Of a DNA stretch of 38,861 nucleotides, positions 24,487-35,593 are shown piece after piece. The position numbers were made by a program, and so were the translations under genes. The stretch is from contig DGEY01000040.1 in the NCBI GenBank assembly GCA_002391385.1, forward strand, positions 2,175 through 41,035. The letters are read 5' to 3'. A model generated the notes under the pieces. It was not told the DNA's origin. It was given only the letters and a program-made list of their open reading frames with translations, and made no database searches. Source of the stretch: Firmicutes bacterium UBA3914 (GTDB lineage Bacteria > Bacillota > Limnochordia > Darwinibacteriales > Darwinibacteriaceae). How positions within the stretch are numbered: position 1 is the stretch's first letter; every line of letters starts with the position of its first letter.

Positions 24487-27004
24487 CCTGGAAGAATCCC
24501 CTTTCCAAACAACGCTTAAGGTACACTGCAGCCTGATCGCGTATCTTTGTTATCTTATTATACAAAACTGCTTGCTCCAAGTCTAGCTTGCGTTCGGGTT
24601 CCGGCAAGTAGAAGATGGCCTCCCCCTCCACCCGCCAGAGCCCCAACTCCGAGAAGATGCCCATGGCCGCGGGCAGCGCACCCAGAAGCCCCACCTTCTC
24701 CAACCTGTCCGCGGCATTCTGCCGGGAGATATGACCCTCTGCCGTGCGCAGAAGGCGGTAAACCCTGGCCAGGCCCGTCCGGTCTGGGTACTCCCTCTGC
24801 AGGTGCGCCTGGAGGCTGCGCACATCCCGGGGACCGTACACCGCCACGATCTCGCCCCCCTCTGCCACTAAGGCAGACCAAAGCCTGTGGGTTTCCTGGG
24901 TGAGCGGCGGCTCCCAAAACCACACCGAGGGCCAGCGCCCACCGGGGAGATCCAGCCCCGTGGAAACCAACCAGCTGAAGGAAGAGCGCTCCAGTTCAGC
25001 CCGGTCCGCCGGGGACAGCCACTCATGCTCAAAGCCGATAAACCCCCCGCCCCCGGGAACTCCGATGCGCAGCTGCCGGCAGACCTCCAAAGTGGAGACG
25101 GCCCGGTTAAGGAGAATCAAGGTAGGTTCGGCACCGGTGCGCCTCTGCCGCAGGGCCTTTAGCTTATCGTGGGTGCCCCGCAGATCCACCAAGCGGTGGG
25201 GGGCGATGGGGCCTGCGGCCCTGCCTGCCGCCTGCAGGGCGGCGCTTTGGTAAAGGGAGGGGCCGAGCCGCCAGGGATAATTCTCCACCAGCCAGCGGCG
25301 CACGTAGCTGTCGGCGCTGGGGGCTTCCTGCCAGGCCCGCACCTGCAGCTGCACGCTTCTGGTTCCCTGCCATGCGTTGATGGTGGGTACGAAGGCCAGG
25401 GCTATCCCTTCAGCCCGCCTTTCCAGCTCCCCCGCATCCTCCCCAAAGCCAAAGGCGATGGCCGGCACCTCGTTGGCTGTGGCATCATGCACCCACAGCT
25501 TCAAATGCTGGTTTTCCGCACCTACCCGCTGGGTGCGCAGCACAGCCACCTCCGTCTGGAGCAGCGGGCCGGGGTTCCCCAGTCCATGGGGCTCCAGCAT
25601 GCTGAGCTGGTTGACCAGTTCCTCTGTGACTTCGCCCAACTGGGTGCGACCGTCAATGTACAGTTTGGGGAGGTAGTCTTCTGGGCTAAGCCTGGCTGCA
25701 CAGATCTCTTCAAACAGTCCCTGGAACTCCCTGAGGTTCTCCCGGGGCAGAGTGAGACCCGCCGCCATGGCGTGACCGCCGAACTTGGTGAGCAGGTGGG
25801 CACAATCGCTGAGGGCGGCGAAAAGGTGCAGTCCAGCAATGCTGCGGGCCGAGGCCACCCCTTCTCCGTTCACCAGGCTGATGACCACCGTTGGCCTGTA
25901 GTACAGCTCCACCAGGCGGGATGCTACGATACCCACCACTCCCTGGTGCCAGTTTTCCCCCCACACCACCACGGCGGGGCGCCGCTGCAAACCGTATTTT
26001 TCCACAACCTCCACTGCTTCTTTGAGGATGGTCAGCTCCACCTGCTGCCGCCGGGCATTTTCCTCGCTCAGCTCCGCGGCCAGCCCTTGGGCTTCCTGCT
26101 CATCTTCGGTGAGGAGCAGGCGCACACCCCGGGTGGGGTCGCCCAGGCGTCCCCCGGCATTCAAGCGTGGACCCAGGCGAAAGCCCAGATCGTAGGCTGT
26201 GGGCTTGCTCACCTGCGCTGCTTCCATCAGCGCCCGTAGTCCCAGGTTGGCTGTGCCCTCCATGCGCTCCAGGCCGCGCTTGACGATGGTGCGGTTTTCG
26301 CCCTGCAGGGGCACGAGATCCGCCACGGTGCCCAGGGCGGCCAGATCCAGGTATTCCTCCCAAGCCGCAAGGCCCAGCCCCTGCACCAGCTTCAGGGCCA
26401 CACCCACCCCGGCCAAGTCCTTGAAGGGATAGGCACAGCCTTCCCTTTTGGGGTTGAGCACAGCCACCGCGGGGGGCAGCCCAGGGCCAGGCTCATGGTG
26501 ATCGGTGACGATCACATCCAGCCCCCGCCCCTGCGCCTCCTGGACTTCCCGGTGGGAGACGATCCCACAGTCCACGGAGATGAGCAGATCTGCTTCCCGG
26601 CTCAGGGCCGCCACCGCCTGGGAGTTGAGTCCATAGCCTTCTTCAAGGCGATCCGGCAGGTAGTAAGTGATGCTCTCTGGAGCGTGAGCCAACCGGCGCA
26701 GGGCCCGCACCAAAAGGGCTGTCGCAGTCTGCCCGTCCGCGTCGTAATCGCCGTAGACAACGATGCGTTCACCCTCGGTTAAGGCCCGGCGGATGCGCTC
26801 CACCGCCTCGGCCATTCCTGACATTAAAAAAGGATCCGGAAGCTCAGCCAGATCACACTGCAAAAACTGCCGCCCAGCTTCCACCGTGGTGATCCCGCGA
26901 TTAATCAGGATTTGGGCCACCAGCGGCGAAATATTCAACCCGCCAGCCAGCTCTTGAGCAAGCTGGTGCTTCTGCGTGTGTAAAATCCACTTTCTCTTGT
27001 CCAT
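24464..27004 (-). CDS. recJ: ssDNA exonuclease RecJ with extended C-terminal domain
   Basis: YGDYDADG, VDCG, TDHH, GTVADLVPL, PRLNAGGRL, FGGHAMAAG. ATG at 27004 with RBS GGAGG. Confidence 0.96.
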   Translation of the reverse strand: MDKRKWILHTQKHQLAQELAGGLNISPLVAQILINRGITTVEAGRQFLQCDLAELPDPFLMSGMAEAVERIRRALTEGERIVVYGDYDADGQTATALLVRALRRLAHAPESITYYLPDRLEEGYGLNSQAVAALSREADLLISVDCGIVSHREVQEAQGRGLDVIVTDHHEPGPGLPPAVAVLNPKREGCAYPFKDLAGVGVALKLVQGLGLAAWEEYLDLAALGTVADLVPLQGENRTIVKRGLERMEGTANLGLRALMEAAQVSKPTAYDLGFRLGPRLNAGGRLGDPTRGVRLLLTEDEQEAQGLAAELSEENARRQQVELTILKEAVEVVEKYGLQRRPAVVVWGENWHQGVVGIVASRLVELYYRPTVVISLVNGEGVASARSIAGLHLFAALSDCAHLLTKFGGHAMAAGLTLPRENLREFQGLFEEICAARLSPEDYLPKLYIDGRTQLGEVTEELVNQLSMLEPHGLGNPGPLLQTEVAVLRTQRVGAENQHLKLWVHDATANEVPAIAFGFGEDAGELERRAEGIALAFVPTINAWQGTRSVQLQVRAWQEAPSADSYVRRWLVENYPWRLGPSLYQSAALQAAGRAAGPIAPHRLVDLRGTHDKLKALRQRRTGAEPTLILLNRAVSTLEVCRQLRIGVPGGGGFIGFEHEWLSPADRAELERSSFSWLVSTGLDLPGGRWPSVWFWEPPLTQETHRLWSALVAEGGEIVAVYGPRDVRSLQAHLQREYPDRTGLARVYRLLRTAEGHISRQNAADRLEKVGLLGALPAAMGIFSELGLWRVEGEAIFYLPEPERKLDLEQAVLYNKITKIRDQAAVYLKRCLERGFFQDGLEREN
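24557..24585 (-). promoter_or_regulatory. Internal sigma-A promoter for apt-rel inside the recJ 3' end
   Basis: Minus strand TAGACT-N17-TATAAT in a locally AT-rich patch about 70 nt above the apt start. Confidence 0.7.
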
Positions 27005-27027
27005 AGGCAGTCCTCCACTGCCAGTAA

Positions 27028-27052
27028 CTTCTACAGGGCCAGGGCAACTCCT
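27028..27052 (-). promoter_or_regulatory. Possible sigma-H-type promoter for recJ
   Basis: Minus strand AGGA-N17-GAAG (GCAGGAGTT...GTAGAAGT). Confidence 0.4.
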
Positions 27053-27076
27053 GCCCCCGGCCCGGTTCCACCCCCC

Positions 27077-27105
27077 TTGACCGTCTTTTAGCATAATAGT
27101 ATCAT
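27077..27105 (+). promoter_or_regulatory. sigma-A promoter of hpt
   Basis: TTGACC-N17-TATCAT. Confidence 0.7.
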
Positions 27106-27132
27106 TAATAGAAAACGAATGGCGGTGGAACG

Positions 27133-27669
27133 GTGGACATAGTTGATCGGATCATCATCAGCGAAGAAGAAATCCAAAACCGGGTCAGGGAGCTGGGGGC
27201 AGCCATATCCAGGGATTACGCGGGCAAAACCATTACTCTTTTGTGCATCCTCAAGGGCGGGCTGATGTTCCTCTGCGATCTGGCCAAACACATCACCCAG
27301 CCCGTGACCTACGACTTCATGTCCGTCTCCAGCTACGGAGATGCCACCGAGACCTCGGGTGTGGTGCGGATCACCAAAGACCTGGAGGAGAGCATTGAGG
27401 GCAAGCACGTGCTCATTGTGGAGGACATCATTGATACGGGCCTAACCCTGAGCTACCTTCTGAAAAACCTGCACAGCAGGAATCCAGCCTCCCTGCGCAT
27501 CTGCACTCTGCTCGACAAGCCTGCCAACCGCCGCGTGGAAATACCCATCGATTACGTGGGGTTCGAAGTGCCCAATGAGTTCTTGGTTGGCTATGGACTG
27601 GACTTCAAGCAGCTCTACAGAAACATCCCCTTCATCTTCGTCCCCAAAAGGGAACTTATCGCGGACTAA
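27133..27669 (+). CDS. hpt: Hypoxanthine phosphoribosyltransferase
   Basis: ILKGG, VSSYG, LIVEDIIDTGLTL, LLDKP, FLVGYGLD...YRN. Confidence 0.97.
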   Translation: MDIVDRIIISEEEIQNRVRELGAAISRDYAGKTITLLCILKGGLMFLCDLAKHITQPVTYDFMSVSSYGDATETSGVVRITKDLEESIEGKHVLIVEDIIDTGLTLSYLLKNLHSRNPASLRICTLLDKPANRRVEIPIDYVGFEVPNEFLVGYGLDFKQLYRNIPFIFVPKRELIAD

Positions 27670-27670
27670 T

Positions 27671-27720
27671 AGCAGAAACTGGCGCCAGCTTGTATGTAGC
27701 GGCGCCAGTTTTGCTTTTCT
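27671..27720. terminator. Likely bidirectional terminator between hpt and the HD gene
   Basis: AAACTGGCGCC...GGCGCCAGTTT stem (27676-27711) followed by TGCTTTTCT. Confidence 0.75.
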
Positions 27721-27734
27721 TGGCCACAGCACTG

Positions 27735-28397
27735 CTAAAGCAGCACTACCTCGTTGATCTTCAGTTTGAACTGGCAGCCCAAATAGGCGGCGGCCCGGCG
27801 GCACATGAGCATGCGGTCGAGGAAGATCTCAAAATAGTCCATGATGGGCGTGTATTCCGTTTCGATGGTAATGCACAAAGTAATCAGCCTCTGCTCCGCA
27901 TCCACCTCCAGGAAGGATCTGTTCACCGCGTAGTTCACCCGGTCATGGAAATCGAAGGTGGAGATCTCGGGATTGCGCACCCTGGTGCGGTGCACATCTG
28001 ATTTGTCCGCCAAAATCAACGCCGCGGCCACCGCATTCACCGGCTCGCCCACTTCCTCTTCATGGTTGCCCACGGCACTGAGGACCAGGGCAATTTCCTT
28101 CGGAGGCATACCCAGCTCCCGCAGGACCGGCTCCACCAAGAGAGCCCCTGCAGCGCCGTGGTTCACCCGCCCCACACAGTTGCCCACATCGTGGACATAG
28201 CCTGCAATGGCCGCCAGTTCCGCCTCCCGCTCGCTGCGGCCTAAGCGCAGGAGGATGTTGCGGGCGATGGAAGAGACCAGGGTAATGTGGCGAAAGCCGT
28301 GCTCGGTAAAGCCCATGGCGGCTAAATTGGCATCGGCCTGCTCCACATACGCCCTGATGGTTGGATGCCGTTCCAAATCCGCCAGCTTAACTGCCAT
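27735..28397 (-). CDS. HD-domain phosphohydrolase
   Basis: FTEHGFRH, AGYVHDVGN, GNHEE, LILADKSDVHRTRVRN. Confidence 0.9.
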   Translation of the reverse strand: MAVKLADLERHPTIRAYVEQADANLAAMGFTEHGFRHITLVSSIARNILLRLGRSEREAELAAIAGYVHDVGNCVGRVNHGAAGALLVEPVLRELGMPPKEIALVLSAVGNHEEEVGEPVNAVAAALILADKSDVHRTRVRNPEISTFDFHDRVNYAVNRSFLEVDAEQRLITLCITIETEYTPIMDYFEIFLDRMLMCRRAAAYLGCQFKLKINEVVLL

Positions 28398-28770
28398 GTT
28401 CCTGTCCCCCCATCCCTAATTCCACCAGATGCCTGTGGACAAAACTCACCAGCTGCTCCGGGGAAAAGCCATCGGTGCGCACAACAAGATCCGCGTGGGC
28501 CTTGGCGTGGGCCAACAGCCAGAGCTGCCGCCGGTAGCGGTTCACACCCCAGGTGACCTGTTTCCTGCGCCGCACCGTCTCATAGCTGCATTCTAAGACA
28601 ATTAAGTAATCTGGATCCAGGCGCTGCCATAGACGCCTGCTCGCTGAGTGTTCCTGGGCAAAGGTGCGGACCTTATAACCCAAAGAACGCAGACCCTGGC
28701 CCAGGGTGGTCTTGCCTGAAGCACATACTCCCACGATGAGGATTAGAGGGTCCTGCTGCACCGGCCTCAC
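28387..28770 (-). CDS. Small P-loop NMP-kinase-like protein
   Basis: IVGVCASGKTT (Walker A), AQEHS, PDYLIVLECSYETVRRR; stop overlaps the HD gene start. Confidence 0.75.
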   Translation of the reverse strand: MRPVQQDPLILIVGVCASGKTTLGQGLRSLGYKVRTFAQEHSASRRLWQRLDPDYLIVLECSYETVRRRKQVTWGVNRYRRQLWLLAHAKAHADLVVRTDGFSPEQLVSFVHRHLVELGMGGQEHGS

Positions 28771-28771
28771 C

Positions 28772-29470
28772 TCACAGGGGATAGGTTGCAGAGATGCGCC
28801 TGATCCCCAGTTTGTTTTCTGTGCCTGTTACCTTCATCACCGCCACCACCATATCATCCCGGGGTTTTCCCCCATCCAGCTCCAGGGCATAGCGCAGCAC
28901 CGCCGCGGCCAGTTCCCGGGCGGAGAGGTCTTCGGCCATGAGATGGCACACCCAGTCCAGGGAAAACTGCCTGGGTCCATATCTGCCCGCGTGGGTCACC
29001 CCATCGGTAAAGCCCATGAGCACCGTGCCCACAGCCAGCGGTAGGTGGGTGAGGGACGGTTTGAGCAGGCGGCGGACGCCGATGGGCTCCACTGGCGAAT
29101 CGAGGCTGCGGGCCTGGCCTCCCACTGCAGCCAGCACTGGAGTGTTGGAATTGCGGGAGACCACCAGGCACCCGTGGGCCAGATCCGCGGAGAGCAGCGT
29201 GGCTGTGGCGGAAACCTTGCCGTCCCGGAAAGCGTAGAGGTGATCGTTGATCACCCTCATCACCGCCCCATCCCTGGCACCATCTTCAATGAGCCGCGCC
29301 GCCTGATTGGCGATCATGTGGCTCATGCGCTTGGCGGCCCGGCCGTGGCCTTGGCCGTCGATGATCACCACAGAGATGCCGCCCCCGGGCCTTTCCACCA
29401 CCTCCACCGAGTCGCCGCTCACCCCCACAGCGTATTTCCCTACCTTGGCCACATCCACCTGTACTTCCAT
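28772..29470 (-). CDS. Stand-alone SpoIIE/PP2C-family phosphatase
   Basis: SGDSV, IIDGQGHG, FTDGV, DDMVVAV metal-binding motifs. Confidence 0.88.
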   Translation of the reverse strand: MEVQVDVAKVGKYAVGVSGDSVEVVERPGGGISVVIIDGQGHGRAAKRMSHMIANQAARLIEDGARDGAVMRVINDHLYAFRDGKVSATATLLSADLAHGCLVVSRNSNTPVLAAVGGQARSLDSPVEPIGVRRLLKPSLTHLPLAVGTVLMGFTDGVTHAGRYGPRQFSLDWVCHLMAEDLSARELAAAVLRYALELDGGKPRDDMVVAVMKVTGTENKLGIRRISATYPL

Positions 29471-29479
29471 ACCTACCGC

Positions 29480-30019
29480 CTAATTCCACTCAAAGCCGTT
29501 CACGGCCCTGATCCAGTATTCTCGAATATCATCCTTAAACAGCGCGGAGTCCAGGTAATAGGTGAGGTAGACCACATGGCCGCCCCTTTGGAAGATCACG
29601 GAGCGGAGCATCACCCGCTTGCCGTTGGCGCCCGTCGCTTCGTAAGCGTAGAAATGGCATCTCAAGTTGTTGGAGGTGGTAATCTCCTGGTTAGCCAGGA
29701 TAGTGACATCCTTGACCAGGGGCTTAAAGCGGGCCTCCAAGCTGCTGCGGACCGCCTCCACATCCGTCCCCGGTTGGGAGTTTACTTCCATGATGATGGT
29801 TCCATCCTGGAAGGTGATCAAAAGGCTGTCCATGCCGAAGATGGAGCGCTCGATGTAGTTCTGGCCTGTGGCGGGCACGATGACGCTGAAGGCGGGACTA
29901 TCCACCACATACCACCAATAGCTGGGATGATCGTGCAGGTAGAAGGTGCCGGCCTGAACCACCTGCACCGAGAGGAAAAAGATGAGAATGAGTGCACCAA
30001 AAGTCAACGTCTTGCGCAC
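29480..30019 (-). CDS. Secreted hypothetical protein (possibly PsbP/Mog1p-like fold)
   Basis: Sec signal MRKTLTFGALILIFFLSVQVVQA; RBS GAAAGGGG; alpha/beta pattern. The fold guess is by eye only. Confidence 0.7.
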   Translation of the reverse strand: MRKTLTFGALILIFFLSVQVVQAGTFYLHDHPSYWWYVVDSPAFSVIVPATGQNYIERSIFGMDSLLITFQDGTIIMEVNSQPGTDVEAVRSSLEARFKPLVKDVTILANQEITTSNNLRCHFYAYEATGANGKRVMLRSVIFQRGGHVVYLTYYLDSALFKDDIREYWIRAVNGFEWN

Positions 30020-30045
30020 GGCGATCCCCTTTCTAGCAGTATTGA

Positions 30046-30070
30046 GAAGAAAACCACCTCAGGGGTGGTT
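30046..30070 (-). terminator. Terminator-like hairpin after yajC
   Basis: Minus strand AACCACC-CCTGA-GGTGGTT followed by TTCTTCT. Confidence 0.6.
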
Positions 30071-30074
30071 CTCC

Positions 30075-30365
30075 TTACTTGAGTACGTGACTTATCCCAC
30101 TGCGGGAAAGCTTAATCTCCACTTTATCAGCCACTTTTAAAGTTACGTAGTCTTCCTTAAGCGCTGTGAGCTCGCCATGGATCCCACCAATGGTCACAAC
30201 CTTGTCTCCCTTTTTCAGAGAATCAAGCATGGCCTTGCGCTCTTTTTGCTGCTTCTGCTGGGGGCGCCAGATCATGAAATAAAACATCACGCCCAGCAGC
30301 ACCAGGGGCAGCAGCAAACCCACCAAGCCTCCTTGCGCTGGAGGAACGTCGGTCTGCAGAAACAT
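30075..30365 (-). CDS. yajC: Preprotein translocase subunit YajC
   Basis: MFYFMIWRPQQKQQK, LKKGDKVVTIGGIHG; RBS GGGAGGTG before ATG 30365. Confidence 0.95.
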   Translation of the reverse strand: MFLQTDVPPAQGGLVGLLLPLVLLGVMFYFMIWRPQQKQQKERKAMLDSLKKGDKVVTIGGIHGELTALKEDYVTLKVADKVEIKLSRSGISHVLK

Positions 30366-30403
30366 GCGGTTCACCTCCCACTAAAGCAAAGTACCTCACT
30401 AGA

Positions 30404-30428
30404 TTTCTACTTCCACTGCCAGGTTCCT
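30404..30428 (-). promoter_or_regulatory. Possible sigma-H-type promoter for yajC
   Basis: Minus strand AGGA-N17-GAAA (GAGGAACC...GTAGAAAT). Confidence 0.4.
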
Positions 30429-32580
<2,152 letters not shown>

Positions 32581-32588
32581 CGGTTAGT

Positions 32589-33464
32589 CTAGTATTCTCC
32601 TTTGACTGCTGCAATGGGAAAGCTCACGTTGTAGATGCTGCTGGGCAGCGTCTCCGCGGCCTGCCTGGTCCACCTGGTGGGGGTCAGGGCCGGCTTGAGG
32701 GGCTCCATCACCCGTTGAGCCACGGTGGCCTCCGCGAGCTGGCTTACCGTTTCTTCCACTTCCGGCGGGTCGGTCATGGTCAATCTGGTCTCGATGCGCA
32801 GAGGCACAACAGGCGCATTAGGCCTCTGGATGGCCAGATACCTGCCGGGCGCGATGCCCGCCAGTTTGGCTTCGGTCTGGAAGGAACGGGGCACTTCCCA
32901 AATGCGCACCTGAGCCAGCTGCGCTCCCCGCAGGGCAGCCAGTACCTCCCGCTCCAGCTCTGTGTACATCCCTTCACCCTTTTCGGTGATGGCTGCGGCG
33001 CTGCCCTCCAGGGCGGCCACGGTCACAACCGCTTCCCGGCCGCCGGTCCTGGCGGCAATGGTCTTAAGCGCGGCGGTTAAGTCAGCTCCCACCACATCCA
33101 GATCCATCACCAAGTCCCTGCCGCTGCGGTTCAGCCCTTCCACACCCACAACTTTGCGGTCGGCGCTGACCAGCAGCTCAACACTGGAATCCACATCAAG
33201 AGTGATGGTGAAGGCGGGCACAGCCGGCTGCGGCGGCACGAGGCGTTCGCTGATCATGGGCCAGCTGCCCACCAAGGCCAGAAACAACACCGCGGCGGCC
33301 GCCAGCTGCCAGACGCTGAGACGTTCTCTGCGGGGAGTATAGCGGATTTCCTGCCCCACTTGAACATGCTTGCGCAAAGGGACCTTGAGAAACTCTCCGC
33401 TGGGAGTCATGATAATCACTTTATTTTTCGGAGCGATCTCCACAACAATCCCTCTATGTCTCAC
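32589..33464 (-). CDS. rsgI: Anti-sigma-I factor RsgI (short form)
   Basis: RsgI_N domain GIVVEI...VIIMTPSGEF...VGQEI, a single TM, then an extracytoplasmic domain; follows sigI. Confidence 0.85.
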   Translation of the reverse strand: MRHRGIVVEIAPKNKVIIMTPSGEFLKVPLRKHVQVGQEIRYTPRRERLSVWQLAAAAVLFLALVGSWPMISERLVPPQPAVPAFTITLDVDSSVELLVSADRKVVGVEGLNRSGRDLVMDLDVVGADLTAALKTIAARTGGREAVVTVAALEGSAAAITEKGEGMYTELEREVLAALRGAQLAQVRIWEVPRSFQTEAKLAGIAPGRYLAIQRPNAPVVPLRIETRLTMTDPPEVEETVSQLAEATVAQRVMEPLKPALTPTRWTRQAAETLPSSIYNVSFPIAAVKGEY

Positions 33465-33482
33465 CTTCGGTCCACCTCCTTT

Positions 33483-34229
33483 TCACTCCGGTCGATTCAG
33501 ATATTCCTGCAGATGGTAGAAGTCGCCAATCAGAATCAAGGCCAGGGTAATTATGTACTTCCTCTGCCTCTCCAGGGTTTTGCGGCTCACCTTGACCCGG
33601 GCCTCCAGCTCCTTGAGGGGCAGGGATTTCTTCCGGGTCAAATAGGCCAAAAGCTCTGGATCGCTGATCAGCGTCCTGGCCACCTGGAGGGCCCGTTCCC
33701 GGGCGTCTTGATGCTTCGGCGATATTTTAACCAATTCCGAAAAGCGAATGCCGTAGTGGCTGAGCAGCTGGTCTAGGCGGAAGATCTCCTCCCGCCGCTG
33801 TTCCGTTTCTTCCTGGATCTGCAGTACGGTGTGGGCTTCTTTGGATTCGATCTTCTGCAGGATGCCATCTTCGTTGTCGTCGCTTTCAAAGGCGGAGATG
33901 GGGATCTCCTCGGACTTCTTACTCTGCCGCCGGAAGTAATCAACCATGCGCCGTTTGACCACTATCTCTGCAAAGCTGAGAAAGGACGCTCCCCCGGTGC
34001 TGTCGAAGGAATCAATGGCCTCGTTAAAGGCGATCATGGCTATGGATGCCTCATCATCGCGGCCCAGCACCAGGTACTTGCGGCAGCAGTTGGAAGCCAC
34101 CCGGAGGTAAAACGGGCGGTAATCTTGCAGAATCTGCTCGCGGGCGTACATATCGCCTGCCTGGGCCCTGGCGACCAATTCTGTCAGTTGGCTTCGTTCA
34201 TCTGGTTTGTGGGCGTGCGTCGTGGTCAT
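33483..34229 (-). CDS. sigI: RNA polymerase sigma factor SigI
   Basis: DDEASIAMIAFNEAI, FLSFAE.VVKRR..DYFR, SPKH.DAR, LPLKEL, VSRKTLERQRKYI. Confidence 0.94.
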   Translation of the reverse strand: MTTTHAHKPDERSQLTELVARAQAGDMYAREQILQDYRPFYLRVASNCCRKYLVLGRDDEASIAMIAFNEAIDSFDSTGGASFLSFAEIVVKRRMVDYFRRQSKKSEEIPISAFESDDNEDGILQKIESKEAHTVLQIQEETEQRREEIFRLDQLLSHYGIRFSELVKISPKHQDARERALQVARTLISDPELLAYLTRKKSLPLKELEARVKVSRKTLERQRKYIITLALILIGDFYHLQEYLNRPE

Positions 34230-34251
34230 GGCTGTACCTCCCTTGACAATT

Positions 34252-34280
34252 TTCGCTAACGGGCAACTAGGTATGAGGGT
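34252..34280 (-). promoter_or_regulatory. sigma-I promoter (autoregulatory)
   Basis: Minus strand ACCCTC-N19-CGAA versus the B. subtilis sigma-I consensus ACCCCC-N19-CGAA. Confidence 0.75.
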
Positions 34281-34281
34281 T

Positions 34282-35172
34282 CTACTCGTAACCCAACTCC
34301 CGCAGGGCCCCCGGCTTGTTGCGCCAGTCTTTTTTCACCTTCACCCAAAGCTCCAGGTGGACCTGGGTGCCCAGGAGGCGTTCCATCTGCAGCCTGGCGC
34401 TTGTGCCCACTTCTTTCAGCATTCTGCCGCCGCGACCGATCACGATGCCCTTCTGGCTTTCCCGCTCCACATAGATGGTTGCCCGAATCCTCATCAGGTT
34501 TTTCTCCGGATCCTCTTTGATCTCCTCCACATCCACCGCTATGGAGTGGGGAACCTCCTGCTCGGTGCGGAGAAAGAGCTCTTCCCGGATGAATTCCGCC
34601 ACAATGAAGCGCTCCGGCTGATCCGAGAGCCAGTCATCTGGATAGTATTTAGGCCCTTCCGCCAGCCGTTCGACGATGAGCTCAATCAGCTCACCCAGGT
34701 TGGTGCCCTGCAGTGCGGACACCGCTAGGGCCGCGGCAAAGTCCCGCTTCTGCCCCGCCACGCGCAGAAAGGCCTCCTGCTCTCCAGGGGAGACCTGATC
34801 AGCTTTGTTGGCAACCAAGATGATGGGTTGTCTCACCGCGGCTAGTTCGCCTAGGATATGGTCGTCCGCTGCCGTCCAGCGCCCCGCTTCCACCAGCCAG
34901 AGAACCAAATCCACGTCTTCCAGGGCCTGAAAGGCGCTTTTCACCATGTACTCCCCCAGCTTGTGCAGGGGTTTGTGCAGTCCAGGAGTGTCCAAAAAGA
35001 CAATCTGGGCATGCTCCAGGGTCAAAACGCCCCTGATGGTGTTGCGGGTGGTCTGCGGTTTGTCCGAGACAATGGCCACCTTCTGCCCCAAAAGCGCGTT
35101 CATGAGGGTGGATTTGCCCACGTTCGGGCGGCCCACCACGGCCACGAAGCCAGACTTGAAACGTTCAGTCAT
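34282..35172 (-). CDS. era: GTPase Era
   Basis: GRPNVGKST, QTTR, DTPG, NKAD, KH-domain IGRGG. Confidence 0.97.
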   Translation of the reverse strand: MTERFKSGFVAVVGRPNVGKSTLMNALLGQKVAIVSDKPQTTRNTIRGVLTLEHAQIVFLDTPGLHKPLHKLGEYMVKSAFQALEDVDLVLWLVEAGRWTAADDHILGELAAVRQPIILVANKADQVSPGEQEAFLRVAGQKRDFAAALAVSALQGTNLGELIELIVERLAEGPKYYPDDWLSDQPERFIVAEFIREELFLRTEQEVPHSIAVDVEEIKEDPEKNLMRIRATIYVERESQKGIVIGRGGRMLKEVGTSARLQMERLLGTQVHLELWVKVKKDWRNKPGALRELGYE

Positions 35173-35578
35173 GGCTGCCCCCCGACTCCAAATCCTTTGA
35201 AGTGAACGAGGCCGGCAGCAGCTCCGCCAGGCTTGTCTTCAGCACATCGCCCCGGAGATTACCCAGATAGATGGGCATCTGAGGGTCAAAGAACTCCGCC
35301 ATCACCTGCCGGCACACCCCGCAGGGGGTAACGGGTTCCTCCGTATCGGCCACCACCGCCAGGGCCTTGAACTCCCTAACCCCTTCCGAGACAGCCTTAA
35401 AGATGGCGGTGCGCTCCGCACAGTTCGTGGGGCTGAAGGCGGCGTTTTCGATATTGCAGCCAAGATAGATGCGCCCCTGGGCATCCAGGAGGGCCGCCCC
35501 CACCTTGAACTGCGAATAGGGTACATACGCCCGTTCCCGTGCCTGAACAGCCAGTTCCATCAGTTCCTTGTCCGTCAT
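35165..35578 (-). CDS. cdd: Cytidine deaminase
   Basis: AYVPYSQFKVGAA, NIENA, CAERTA, PCGVCRQ. Confidence 0.96.
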   Translation of the reverse strand: MTDKELMELAVQARERAYVPYSQFKVGAALLDAQGRIYLGCNIENAAFSPTNCAERTAIFKAVSEGVREFKALAVVADTEEPVTPCGVCRQVMAEFFDPQMPIYLGNLRGDVLKTSLAELLPASFTSKDLESGGSHD

Positions 35579-35593
35579 TGTGCACACCTCTCC

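Noticed and set aside
34243-34275. Plus-strand TTGACA upstream of sigI (antisense promoter into era)
   Set aside because: No -10 element at 16-18 nt spacing.
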